NCBI GenBank assembly: GCA_049584975.1
Contig: JBAUYV010000179.1
Coordinates: forward strand, 59-64,058
Length of the DNA stretch: 64,000 nt
Source of the DNA: Xanthobacteraceae bacterium
GTDB lineage: Bacteria > Pseudomonadota > Alphaproteobacteria > Rhizobiales > Xanthobacteraceae
Direction: 5' to 3'
The notes beneath the pieces were generated by a model. The model searched no databases, had not been told where the DNA came from, and was given only the letters and a program-made list of their open reading frames with translations. Both the position numbers and the translations under genes were made by a program. Below, one piece after another: positions 1 to 8,378 of the stretch (within the stretch, counting starts at the first letter, position 1; each line of letters starts with the position of its first letter).

Positions 1-114
1 ATGTGATTCGTTGACAGCGATCACCCTATCGGAACTCGCTGCCGGGAGCGGCCACCGTCCACCACATCATTCCGATTGACAGCGGGCATGTCGGTTTTAC
101 CCGGCACCCCGAAG

Positions 115-304
115 CCGAACGTCGGCGCACGCATTTACGAGTACACGCGTGGGGCCCGGCTTTTTCGATGCACGTCGCCGCAAAGGGTCCCCCGTAAGCG
201 GGACCCCAGTTTGCCTCTCTGGGCTCCCGCATTCGCGGGAATGAGCGGTCATGGTGTGGGCGCAGCAGTGTTGACTCGCCGCGCCGTAACGTCAGACCAT
301 GGGC
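115..304 (+). repeat. Dispersed intergenic repeat of about 190 bp, copy A (REP-like, core hairpin TCCCGC-ATTC-GCGGGA)
   Basis: Shares long identical blocks with 1772-1986, in the same order and orientation: CCGAACGTCGGCGCACGCATTTA, TCCCGCATTCGCGGGAATGAGC, GCAGTGTTGACTCGC, ACCATGGGC. The spurious ORFs 76-420 and 1739-1933 both translate it as PNVGARIYEY. Confidence 0.8.
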
Positions 305-460
305 TTACACCCGAGGCCCGCGATAGCGGGCTGGCAATTGGAGACACGTGGTTGATCGGAATAGCGAAGATTTTCGTTCTGCTGGGACCCGACCATTATT
401 ACGCGGTTGTGAGAGAATAGTACTGTTGTCATACACTTTTTTATTCACCGCCCCTGACAT

Positions 461-1738
461 TTGGAATTCAGCCGCATGCCGAAAGCAAGCTTACCGCTCC
501 GAAATCTGAGGGGGGTACTTATTGTTTTGATTGTGGCGTTCCATTCCTTTACAGCCTACATCGTTACGCAGCCCGCCTCCCCTGGGGCTTTCGATCTGCC
601 GCCCTTCGAATGGCGCGCCTTCCCCATCGTCGATAGCGATCGATGGATCGGCTTCGACCTGTTTTGCGCCTTTCAATTCCTCTATCTGATGCAAGCGATG
701 TTCTTTCTTTCCGGACTATTTGTCTGGCAAAGCCTGCAGCGCAGGGGGTGGGGCATCTTTCTGGCTCACCGCATCGTGCGCCTCGGTGTGCCGTTCATCA
801 TAGGAACGTACCTGCTGATGCCAGTCGCCTTCTATCCGGTCTATCTCGTTACCGCGGTTGATCCGAGGTGGATGTCGTTCTGGTCGCATTGGACCGCGCT
901 GCCGGTCACCGCAACAGGTCCGATATGGTTTCTCTGGTTTTTGCTTGTTTTGAATATTGGCGCTGCGGCGCTGTTTTGGCTGTCGCCGCGCGCCGGTCAA
1001 TTACTGACGCCGCCGTTGATCAGAGATACGGCATGCTCGCGTCCAGGCAGACTATTTATTGCCCTAGTCGGCGTTTCAGCGGCGGCCTACTTGCCGATCG
1101 CCGCAGATGTTTCGTCGTGGACGTCGACACGGATCGCGTTCGGTCCGTTCGAGGTTCAGGCGACGCTTGCTCCGCAATACGTGATTTATTTCGTGTTGGG
1201 CCTCGCTGTCGGAGCGCATGGCTACGATCGTGGCTTGCTCGCCGCTGACGGCATGCTGGCGCGGCGCTGGCCGATTTGGGTCATCGGCAGCTTCGCCGCG
1301 TTCCTGCTGTGGATCGTCCCCTCGGCCTTGATTGTAAATGGATCGGGCGCTTCGTTCCCGGGATTGCGCGTCGTGGCCGATCTCGGCCTGGTGATTTTCG
1401 CCGCCGCCACCTGTTTCGCCATGAGCGCCGTCTTCCTGCGCTTTGCAGCCAAGCGCTGGCCGGTCATCGACACTATTTCGGAGCATGCCTTCGGCATCTA
1501 TTTTTATCATTACGTTTTTGTGCTATGGCTGCAATTCGCGCTGCTCGACTTTGCGATCCCCGCCATTGCGAAGGGTTCGGCCGTGCTCGCCGGCGCGCTG
1601 ACTTTGAGCTGGGCGGCGAGCGTCCTCACCAATTGGATTCTTGGTAGCTACCAACTCACGACTTGGGCGCGGAGCCGTGTTGCCGTGAGCGCCTTCGACC
1701 GCGAACGCCGTTTTCCAGAGAGCAAGTTCCCGGATTGA
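461..1738 (+). CDS. Acyltransferase family 3 integral membrane protein
   Basis: 425-aa ORF with about 10 hydrophobic segments. The N-terminal motif LRGVLIVLIVAFHS is typical of acyltransferase_3. The ORF starts at TTG 461; an alternative ATG lies at 476. Confidence 0.8.
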   Translation: MEFSRMPKASLPLRNLRGVLIVLIVAFHSFTAYIVTQPASPGAFDLPPFEWRAFPIVDSDRWIGFDLFCAFQFLYLMQAMFFLSGLFVWQSLQRRGWGIFLAHRIVRLGVPFIIGTYLLMPVAFYPVYLVTAVDPRWMSFWSHWTALPVTATGPIWFLWFLLVLNIGAAALFWLSPRAGQLLTPPLIRDTACSRPGRLFIALVGVSAAAYLPIAADVSSWTSTRIAFGPFEVQATLAPQYVIYFVLGLAVGAHGYDRGLLAADGMLARRWPIWVIGSFAAFLLWIVPSALIVNGSGASFPGLRVVADLGLVIFAAATCFAMSAVFLRFAAKRWPVIDTISEHAFGIYFYHYVFVLWLQFALLDFAIPAIAKGSAVLAGALTLSWAASVLTNWILGSYQLTTWARSRVAVSAFDRERRFPESKFPD

Positions 1739-1771
1739 GTGTTGTGGCCTGCCGCAATTGGCAACCCGAGA

Positions 1772-1986
1772 CCGAACGTCGGCGCACGCATTTATGAGTA
1801 CAGGCTGTGGGCTTCGCCTTTTTCCACGCGCATCGCCCCAAGGCGCCCTGTCGCGCAAGCGCCATGGGGACCCCAAAAGCGGGCCCCCAGTTTGCCTGCT
1901 CTGGATTCCCGCATTCGCGGGAATGAGCCGTAATGATATGCGCGCGGCAGTGTTGACTCGCGACGCCGCGCGGACCAACCATGGGC
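1772..1986 (+). repeat. Dispersed intergenic repeat, copy B (same family as 115-304)
   Basis: Direct-orientation copy immediately after the acyltransferase stop codon, with the same conserved blocks and hairpin core. Confidence 0.8.
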
Positions 1987-2385
1987 CAAAATCCGGGGCT
2001 CAAAACCATGTTCTTTGAAGAGCGTGTTGCCGAAATGACGCGCAAGATGCTGCGCAAAAAGCTTTATGTGCTGCTGTCGAAGCCGATCGTGGAGCCGGAA
2101 AAGCTCAAGCCGTTTCTTTCGGCGCATCTCGAATACATGGTTGGCCTGGAGAAGCGCGGCCTCGTGTTCGCGTCGGGCCCGTTGTCGGAAGGCGAGGGGC
2201 CGCCGACCGGCCTCGGTCTGACCGTGTTGCGCGCCAAGGATGCCGGGGAGGCGCGCGCGCTCGCCGAGGGCGATCCTTTCTTCGTCAATAAGCTGCGCAC
2301 TTTCGAACTCAAGGAATGGACCATCATGGAGGGCACGCTCGGTCTGCGGGTGAATCTCTCCGATCAAACGATCGAAGTCGCTTGA
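1981..2385 (+). CDS. YciI family protein
   Basis: Sequence LYVLLSKP...HLEYMVGLEKRGLVFASGPL...AEGDPF matches the YciI-like pattern. The true start is probably internal (ATG 2008 or 2035), because the first codons overlap the repeat. Confidence 0.7.
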   Translation: MGQNPGLKTMFFEERVAEMTRKMLRKKLYVLLSKPIVEPEKLKPFLSAHLEYMVGLEKRGLVFASGPLSEGEGPPTGLGLTVLRAKDAGEARALAEGDPFFVNKLRTFELKEWTIMEGTLGLRVNLSDQTIEVA

Positions 2386-2448
2386 CACGCGAATTCAGAA
2401 GGCTTGCGAAGAACGCTCCTAAAAAGGAGCAGAGTAGGGGAAACGTTC

Positions 2449-3444
2449 ATGGAGACCATCGGCTTTGTGGGAGTCGGCCGGATCGGCATGCCGATCTCCC
2501 AACACCTGATCAAGAGCGGATACCGCGTAGTTGGCTGGCGCCGCAGCTCGCTCGCTGAATTCAAAGAAATCGGGGGAGTCCCGGCGCGCTCACCGGCCGA
2601 GGTCAGTGCGCAGGCCGACGTTGTGTTTTCGTGCATGCCATCACCCGAGGCATTCAGTGGCGTGATGCAAGGCCCGGACGGGCTCGTGCATTCAGCGCGA
2701 CCCGGGCAAATCTTCGCCGAACTCGGCTCGCATCCACTGTCGGTCAAGGAACGTCAGATTGACCCGCTTGCTCGGAAGGGTGCGGCTTTCGTCGACGGCG
2801 AGATTTCCGGGACGCCCGGCATGGTGGCGGCACGCAAAGGCGTCGTCTATCTCGCCGGCGATCAGGCTGCGTGCAAGAAATTAGAGCGCGTGATTGCCGG
2901 GTTTGCCGACTCTTGCCTGTATTTCGGCGAGTTTGGCGCCGCGAGCAAGGTGAAGCTCGTCAACAATTTGCTGGTGGGAGTTCACATTGCGGCGGCGGCG
3001 GAGGCGATGGCGCTGGGCCTGAAGGCAGGCGTTGACGTCGGCATGTTGATCAAGGCGGTCGCTACCGGCAGCGGCGGCTCGACCCAGTTCGGGATCCGTG
3101 CGCCCTGGATGGCGGAGAAGCGCTATCTCCCCGCCCAAGGGATGCCGTCGGACTTTTTTTACTACTTCCATATGGTCCATGACTTCGCTGCCAGTGTCGG
3201 TACGGTAACTCCCATGATGGATCGCGCCATGGAGGTTATGCAGCGGGCTGTAGACACGGGCTTCGGTGATTACGATCACGCTGCTCTGGTCGAGGTCATC
3301 GGTGGCTGGCCGCGCAAAAATCCCCGTCTCGCGCGCAAGGGCAGCGATGGCGGTCGGAAGGCAAGGCTAAAGCGGCAACAAGCGCGGTCCCGTCGCCTAT
3401 CCGGTAAATCCACAGCCGCGAGGCGAAAACGAGCGAAAAGATAG
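2449..3444 (+). CDS. NAD(P)-dependent oxidoreductase, 3-hydroxyisobutyrate/6-phosphogluconate dehydrogenase family, with a basic C-terminal tail
   Basis: Rossmann motif IGFVGVGRIGMPI at the N-terminus. SKVKLVNNLL is typical of the HIBADH family. The last 45 aa or so are extremely K/R-rich. Confidence 0.8.
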   Translation: METIGFVGVGRIGMPISQHLIKSGYRVVGWRRSSLAEFKEIGGVPARSPAEVSAQADVVFSCMPSPEAFSGVMQGPDGLVHSARPGQIFAELGSHPLSVKERQIDPLARKGAAFVDGEISGTPGMVAARKGVVYLAGDQAACKKLERVIAGFADSCLYFGEFGAASKVKLVNNLLVGVHIAAAAEAMALGLKAGVDVGMLIKAVATGSGGSTQFGIRAPWMAEKRYLPAQGMPSDFFYYFHMVHDFAASVGTVTPMMDRAMEVMQRAVDTGFGDYDHAALVEVIGGWPRKNPRLARKGSDGGRKARLKRQQARSRRLSGKSTAARRKRAKR

Positions 3445-3470
3445 AGCGAAAAGATAAGAGGAGTCTCCGT

Positions 3471-4355
3471 ATGATCCGCGTGAAGAAGATCGCCCATGCC
3501 AGCTACGAGGTGCCGGACCTCGAACAGCAGGCCGACTACTACGCCAACATTCTCGGCATGACGGTTGCGGCCAAGGAAAAGGACGCGGTGTTCCTCGCCA
3601 ACACGGTCGATCACCACTCGGTGGTGCTGCGCCGGGGCGCGCAGGCGCAGTGCGCCCGCGTCGGCTTTCAGATCGGCGAGGGCGACGATCTCGACGCGTT
3701 CGAGCAACAGGTGCAAAGCCACGGCATCAAAACCGAGCGCAGGAAGGATCCCGAGCCATCAATCTCCGATGTGCTGACCTTCGCGGATCCGAAGGGCACC
3801 GCGATGGAAGTTTTTAAACGCGCCGACTTCTCGCACCAGAAATTCCAGTCAAAGGGCATCGTGCCGCACAAGCTCGGGCACGTCGCTTTCCACGTCACCG
3901 ACGTCAAACACACAACCAAGTTCTATTGCGACGTGCTCGGCTTTCGCGAATCCGACTGGATGGCCGACTTCTTTTCGTTCCTGCGCTGCGGCCCCGACCA
4001 CCACACCATCAATCTGATGCAGACCGGCTCGAACCGGCACTTTCACACCGCGTTCGAGCTGCGCGACTGGGGCCACATGCAGACCGCGTGCGACTTCCTC
4101 AGCACCAACGGCTACAAGCTTCTGTGGGGACCGGGCCGCCACGGCATCGGCCATAACTTGTTCACCTATCATCGCAGCCCGGCCGGACTCATCACCGAGC
4201 TGTTCGCCGAGCTCGACCGCATGAACGAAGAGCTCGGCTATTTCGAGCCGCGGCCGTGGCACCGCGACAATCCGCAGCGCCCGAAAGTCTGGGCCAAGGA
4301 CCCGTCGGCCTCCAACCTCTGGGGCATCATGCCGGGCGAGGAGATGCACAAATAA
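3471..4355 (+). CDS. Two-domain VOC/glyoxalase-fold extradiol ring-cleavage dioxygenase
   Basis: Duplicated VOC modules (IAHASYEVPDL... and LGHVAFHVTDV...), the metal-ligand context GPGRHGIGHNLFTY, and a strong SD (AGAGGAG) before the ATG. Confidence 0.8.
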   Translation: MIRVKKIAHASYEVPDLEQQADYYANILGMTVAAKEKDAVFLANTVDHHSVVLRRGAQAQCARVGFQIGEGDDLDAFEQQVQSHGIKTERRKDPEPSISDVLTFADPKGTAMEVFKRADFSHQKFQSKGIVPHKLGHVAFHVTDVKHTTKFYCDVLGFRESDWMADFFSFLRCGPDHHTINLMQTGSNRHFHTAFELRDWGHMQTACDFLSTNGYKLLWGPGRHGIGHNLFTYHRSPAGLITELFAELDRMNEELGYFEPRPWHRDNPQRPKVWAKDPSASNLWGIMPGEEMHK

Positions 4356-4401
4356 TTCTCCTCCGGGCGGGAGGCGGCGCGACGGCCTACGGCCGCGCCG
4401 G

Positions 4402-4866
4402 CTAGTGCTTCCGCCGGGAAGACTTTCGCGCCGGCTTCCGCGCCGACTTCCACTTGGACCGGCGGACCGCCACCTTGATGCGGCACGCCGCGCAGCGGCA
4501 GCCGCCGTTCTCCAGGAAATACTCCAGATACCCCTCGCCGTAATTGTAGGTGATCTCCTCCCCCGGCCCGATCGTGCGCAGCGCGACGATGACAATTTTG
4601 CCTTTGCGTTTGATCGGCGTCGCGTTCGGGTAGCAGGAATGATTGATGTAGCGCGCGACGTTGGATCGCGCGGAGCCGTCGATGGTCCAACGGCTGTTGA
4701 GCTCGAACATGTACCGGGCGCCGCGCGCTTCGCGCCGGTCGGCTTCTTCGGTGGTCAGGCGCGGGCCGCGATAGGTCGCGATATGGGCGCTGCGCTTGAT
4801 CGGTCGGGTCGCAAATAGGCCGAGGCCGGTCGCCGAGCGGCCAATGCGGAAACGGCGCGATGGCAT
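4402..4866 (-). CDS. SET-domain protein (putative lysine methyltransferase) with a basic C-terminal tail
   Basis: Motifs GLGLFA, ARYINHSCYPN, GEEITYNYG and a post-SET-like C-x-C-xx-C. The tail RRSKWKSARKPARKSSRRKH is highly basic. Confidence 0.85.
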   Translation of the reverse strand: MPSRRFRIGRSATGLGLFATRPIKRSAHIATYRGPRLTTEEADRREARGARYMFELNSRWTIDGSARSNVARYINHSCYPNATPIKRKGKIVIVALRTIGPGEEITYNYGEGYLEYFLENGGCRCAACRIKVAVRRSKWKSARKPARKSSRRKH

Positions 4867-4967
4867 GACTTGCGATTACTAGGAGATTCGCGCCATGTCA
4901 TCCCCCAACCGCGCCCATGTGTATAGATTGGACGGGCGGGGGAAATGGCGCCGCACACGAAGGAACA

Positions 4968-5948
4968 ATGATGATGCGAACCATCACGCTTGAAGAGCAC
5001 TTTGCGAGCCCCGGATTCTTCGACGGACCCGGGCTTGAGTTCAAGGAGCGGGCGCTGAAATCGGGCGGCCGCGACGCCGATTTCTTCGACCGACTTGCCG
5101 ACGTCGGCGACAAGCGCCTGGCCGAGATGGACAAAGCCGGCATCGATATGCAGGTCCTGTCGCTGCAGTATCCGGGGACGGAGCAGTTGGAGGAAGCCGC
5201 CGCGATCGCGATGACGCGGGAAGCCAACGATTTCCTCTACGAGGCGGTGAAAAAGCATCCGGACCGCTTCGCCGGCCTGGCGACCCTGCCGACCGCGGCG
5301 CCCGACAAGGCGGCGGAAGAACTGGAGCGTCGGGTGCGCCAGCAGGGCTTCAAGGGGGCGATCATCAACGGCCATAATCGTGGCCGTTACCTGGACGATA
5401 AATTCTACTGGCCGATCCTTGAGCGCGCCGAGGCGCTCGCCGTCCCGATCTATCTGCATCCGACAATTCCGCCGAAGGCCGTGGTCGAGACGTCCTACGG
5501 GGGCTTTGCGCCGCAAGTCAGTTGGATGTTCTCAGGCCCCGGCTGGGGCTGGCACATCGAAACCGCCGTTCACACCATTCGCCTCATTCTCGGCGGCGTG
5601 TTCGACCGCTTTCCGAAACTGCAGGTCGTGGTCGGCCACCTCGGCGAGGGCCTGCCGTTCATGCTGCCGCGGCTCGACCGCAACATGCCGCCGGCGCTGA
5701 CCAAGCTGAAGCGCTCGCTCGGCGAATATCTGCGGCAGAACGTGCACTACACTTTCGCGGGCTTCAATTTCCCGGCGACGTTCCTCGATCTTCTCCTCGA
5801 AGTCGGCGTTGAGCGCATCATGTTCTCGGTCGACTACCCGTACGGCTCCATGGCCAAGGCGCGCGAGTTCCTGGAAAACCTCCCGGTGAGTGCCGCCGAC
5901 CGCGAGCGCATCGCGCACGCCAACGCCGAGCAGCTTTTTAAATTGTAG
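4968..5948 (+). CDS. Amidohydrolase-2 (ACMSD-like decarboxylase/hydrolase) family protein, paralog 1
   Basis: ITLEEHF N-terminus, HPT..P, GHLGEGLPF, and FSVDYPY near the C-terminus. There are three consecutive ATGs at 4968-4976, and by comparison with the paralog the start is among them. Confidence 0.8.
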   Translation: MMMRTITLEEHFASPGFFDGPGLEFKERALKSGGRDADFFDRLADVGDKRLAEMDKAGIDMQVLSLQYPGTEQLEEAAAIAMTREANDFLYEAVKKHPDRFAGLATLPTAAPDKAAEELERRVRQQGFKGAIINGHNRGRYLDDKFYWPILERAEALAVPIYLHPTIPPKAVVETSYGGFAPQVSWMFSGPGWGWHIETAVHTIRLILGGVFDRFPKLQVVVGHLGEGLPFMLPRLDRNMPPALTKLKRSLGEYLRQNVHYTFAGFNFPATFLDLLLEVGVERIMFSVDYPYGSMAKAREFLENLPVSAADRERIAHANAEQLFKL

Positions 5949-5956
5949 CCCGCTTT

Positions 5957-6100
5957 CGTCATTGCCGGGCATAGCCGTTCGAAGAACGGCGTCGCTTCGC
6001 TCGCCTATGACCCGGCAATCCATGCAGAAGTTTGGTATGTGCTAATGCTTCGCCGAGCGGCAATTCGGCATGGATACGCGGGTCAAGCCCGCGTATGACG
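5957..6100. repeat. Cluster of two REP-like hairpin elements
   Basis: Element 1 is CGTCATTGCCGGG...CCCGGCAATCCATGC (5957-6025). Element 2 is CATGGATACGCGGGTCAAGCCCGCGTATGACG (6069-6100), which forms a 9-bp stem ATACGCGGG/CCCGCGTAT. The 32-mer recurs identically at 7447-7478. Confidence 0.8.
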
Positions 6101-6110
6101 AGGTAAATTC

Positions 6111-7082
6111 ATGAAAACCATAACCCTTGAGGAACACTTTGCCACGCCGGGATTTTTCGACGGCCCGGGGCGCGAGCTGAAGAACCGGGCTCAAACCGTC
6201 GGCGGCCGCTACGCCAATCTCATCGAACGGCTGTGCGACGTCGGCGCCAAGCGGCTGGCGGAAATGGACGCTGCCGGTATCGACATGCAGGTGCTGTCGC
6301 TCACCTCGCCGGGCGTCGAGCAACTGGAGGCGGCCGAGGCGATCGCTCTGGCGCGCGACACCAACGATTACCTGGCCGACGCGGTGAAGAAAAATCCGGC
6401 GCGTTTCGCCGGCCTTGCCGCGGTGCCGACGCCCGCGCCCGACAAGGCCGCCGCCGAGCTCGAGGTCCGGGTGCGCGCGGGCTTTAGAGGCGCGGTCATC
6501 AACGGCCACAATCGCGGGCGCTATCTCGACGACAAATTCTATTCGCCCATTCTCGAATGCGCGCAGGCGCTCAACGTCCCGATCTACCTGCATCCGACGC
6601 CGCCGCCCAAGGCGGTGCTCGACACCTATTACGGCGGCTTTGCGCCGATGCTGACCGAGATGCTCGCGGGCGGCGCCTGGGGCTGGCACATCGAGACCGC
6701 GGTCCATGTCATCCGCCTGATTTCCGGCGGCGTGTTCGACCGCTTTCCGCAATTGCAGATCGTCATCGGCCACATGGGCGAAGGGCTGCCCTTCATGTTC
6801 CAGCGTTTCGACATCATGCCGCCGGCGGTGACCAAGCTGAAGCGCTCATACAAGGAGTATCTGCGCGAGAACGTGCATTACACCTTTTCGGGCTTCAATT
6901 TTCCGCCGACCTTCCTGGATCTGTTCCTCGAACTCGGCGGCGTCGAGCGGATGATGTTCTCGGCCGACCATCCGTATCAATCGATGCCGCAGGCGCGCGC
7001 CTTTTTGGAGCAAATTCCCGTGTCGGCCGCCGACAAGGAGCGCATCGCCCACGGCAATGCGGAGCGGCTGTTCCGTCTATAG
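6111..7082 (+). CDS. Amidohydrolase-2 family protein, paralog 2 (tandem duplicate of 4968-5948)
   Basis: Collinear with paralog 1 over its full length and, by eye, identical at roughly two thirds of positions. It has the same ITLEEHF, GHMGEGLPF and SADHPY motifs. Confidence 0.85.
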   Translation: MKTITLEEHFATPGFFDGPGRELKNRAQTVGGRYANLIERLCDVGAKRLAEMDAAGIDMQVLSLTSPGVEQLEAAEAIALARDTNDYLADAVKKNPARFAGLAAVPTPAPDKAAAELEVRVRAGFRGAVINGHNRGRYLDDKFYSPILECAQALNVPIYLHPTPPPKAVLDTYYGGFAPMLTEMLAGGAWGWHIETAVHVIRLISGGVFDRFPQLQIVIGHMGEGLPFMFQRFDIMPPAVTKLKRSYKEYLRENVHYTFSGFNFPPTFLDLFLELGGVERMMFSADHPYQSMPQARAFLEQIPVSAADKERIAHGNAERLFRL

Positions 7083-7110
7083 CAACCGCTGCTTGGTCGC
7101 CAAAGGCCGA

Positions 7111-7287
7111 TCAGGAGGCTTTCTGCTCGGCCACGGCTTCGACCTTGCCGGCGCCAGCGCAGACTCTGCAGATGATTCGATTGCCGCGCTCGCGCACGCG
7201 GCCGGTGCCGCAACACCGCACGCAGGTTCGCTGGACGACCGGGGCAGCGCGGTCATTGTGGATCGAAAAGCGTTTTCCGAATGTCAT
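7111..7287 (-). CDS. Small (58 aa) protein with two DnaJ-type CxxCxGxG zinc-finger repeats
   Basis: My own translation gives MTFGKRFSIHNDRAAPVVQRTCVRCCGTGRVRERGNRIICRVCAGAGKVEAVAEQKAS. It falls below the ORF-track size cutoff. Its third-position GC is high, as in neighbouring genes. The SD is weak. Confidence 0.4.
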   Translation of the reverse strand: MTFGKRFSIHNDRAAPVVQRTCVRCCGTGRVRERGNRIICRVCAGAGKVEAVAEQKAS

Positions 7288-7414
7288 TTTTGAACAGCCT
7301 TTTTGTATGCGCGAGTGTGAACGCGGACCGGAAATTATCGACGCCGTGTTAACGCCGCGCCGGGAGATTGCATAAAATTCGATTCAAAATGGCCGAAGTG
7401 GCCACGGGGCTTCT

Positions 7415-7478
7415 CGTCATTGCCGGCAATCCATGCGGCGGTTCAGCATGGATACGCGGGTCAAGCCCGCGTATGACG
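7415..7478. repeat. REP-like hairpin cluster, collapsed copy
   Basis: CGTCATTGCCGGCAATCCATGC (7415-7436) is the 5957-6025 element without its internal segment of about 47 bp. It is followed by the identical 32-mer at 7447-7478. Confidence 0.8.
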
Positions 7479-7511
7479 CATTGAGGCAATCAGTGCCGTC
7501 TGGAGCTTCCC

Positions 7512-8309
7512 ATGGCAACGTTGGACTCGACTGCGCCCGTTCTCTTGGAGATCGACGCGCGCGGCGTCGCGCAAGTCATCCTCAACCGTCCGGAGCGCAA
7601 CAACGCCTATGACGGCGACCTGATCCAGGCGTTGCTGGCGGCACTCGATCAGCTGGAAAAGGCGAGCGGGCTCCGTGCCGTCATCATCAGCGGCGCCGGA
7701 CGGCATTTCCAGGCCGGCGCCGATCTCAAATGGATCGCCGCCGTGCGCGCCGCCGCGCGCGAGGACAACATCGCCGTCTCGCGCGCGACCGCGCAGGCGA
7801 TCTGGCGGCTCAATCGCGCGCCGGTGCCGACCATTGCGCTGGTGCAGGGCGCCTGCTTCGGCGGCGGCACCGGGCTCCTTGCCGCCTGCGACGTGGTGAT
7901 CGCCGCCGACGATGCGATTTTTTCCATCGCCGAAGTGCGTTGGGGCCTGTCCGCGGCGATCATCATCCCGCAGCTCAACGACGCCATCGGGGTTCGCCAG
8001 GTGCGCCGCTACGCGTTGACCGGCGAGCGCTTCGGCGCCGCGGAAGCCCGCCGCATCGGCCTCGTGCATGAGGTCGTGCCGGCGGCCGAGCTGCAGGCGG
8101 CCGGAGCCAGGATCGTTGAGCAGATTTTGCAAAACGGCCCCGAGGCGATTGCGCAGACCAAAGCGCACGCCCTCGAATCGGCCTGGGCCAATCTCGACGA
8201 ACAGGCCTTCAATCGCCTGGTGGAAAGCCATGCCGACAAGCGGCTATCGGCGGAAGCCGCGGAGGGCCTTGCATCGTTCGCCGAGAAGCGCGCGGCGAGA
8301 TGGAAGTAA
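7512..8309 (+). CDS. Enoyl-CoA hydratase/isomerase (crotonase) family protein
   Basis: ILNRPERNNA, GAGRHFQAGADL, ALVQGACFGGG and EGLASFAEKR are crotonase hallmarks. Confidence 0.85.
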   Translation: MATLDSTAPVLLEIDARGVAQVILNRPERNNAYDGDLIQALLAALDQLEKASGLRAVIISGAGRHFQAGADLKWIAAVRAAAREDNIAVSRATAQAIWRLNRAPVPTIALVQGACFGGGTGLLAACDVVIAADDAIFSIAEVRWGLSAAIIIPQLNDAIGVRQVRRYALTGERFGAAEARRIGLVHEVVPAAELQAAGARIVEQILQNGPEAIAQTKAHALESAWANLDEQAFNRLVESHADKRLSAEAAEGLASFAEKRAARWK

Positions 8310-8378
8310 TTGATCCTCGTTGAACCGTCTCGCGCGTCCGCGCGACCAATACCCGGTCCATGCCGATAGGGTTATCCT

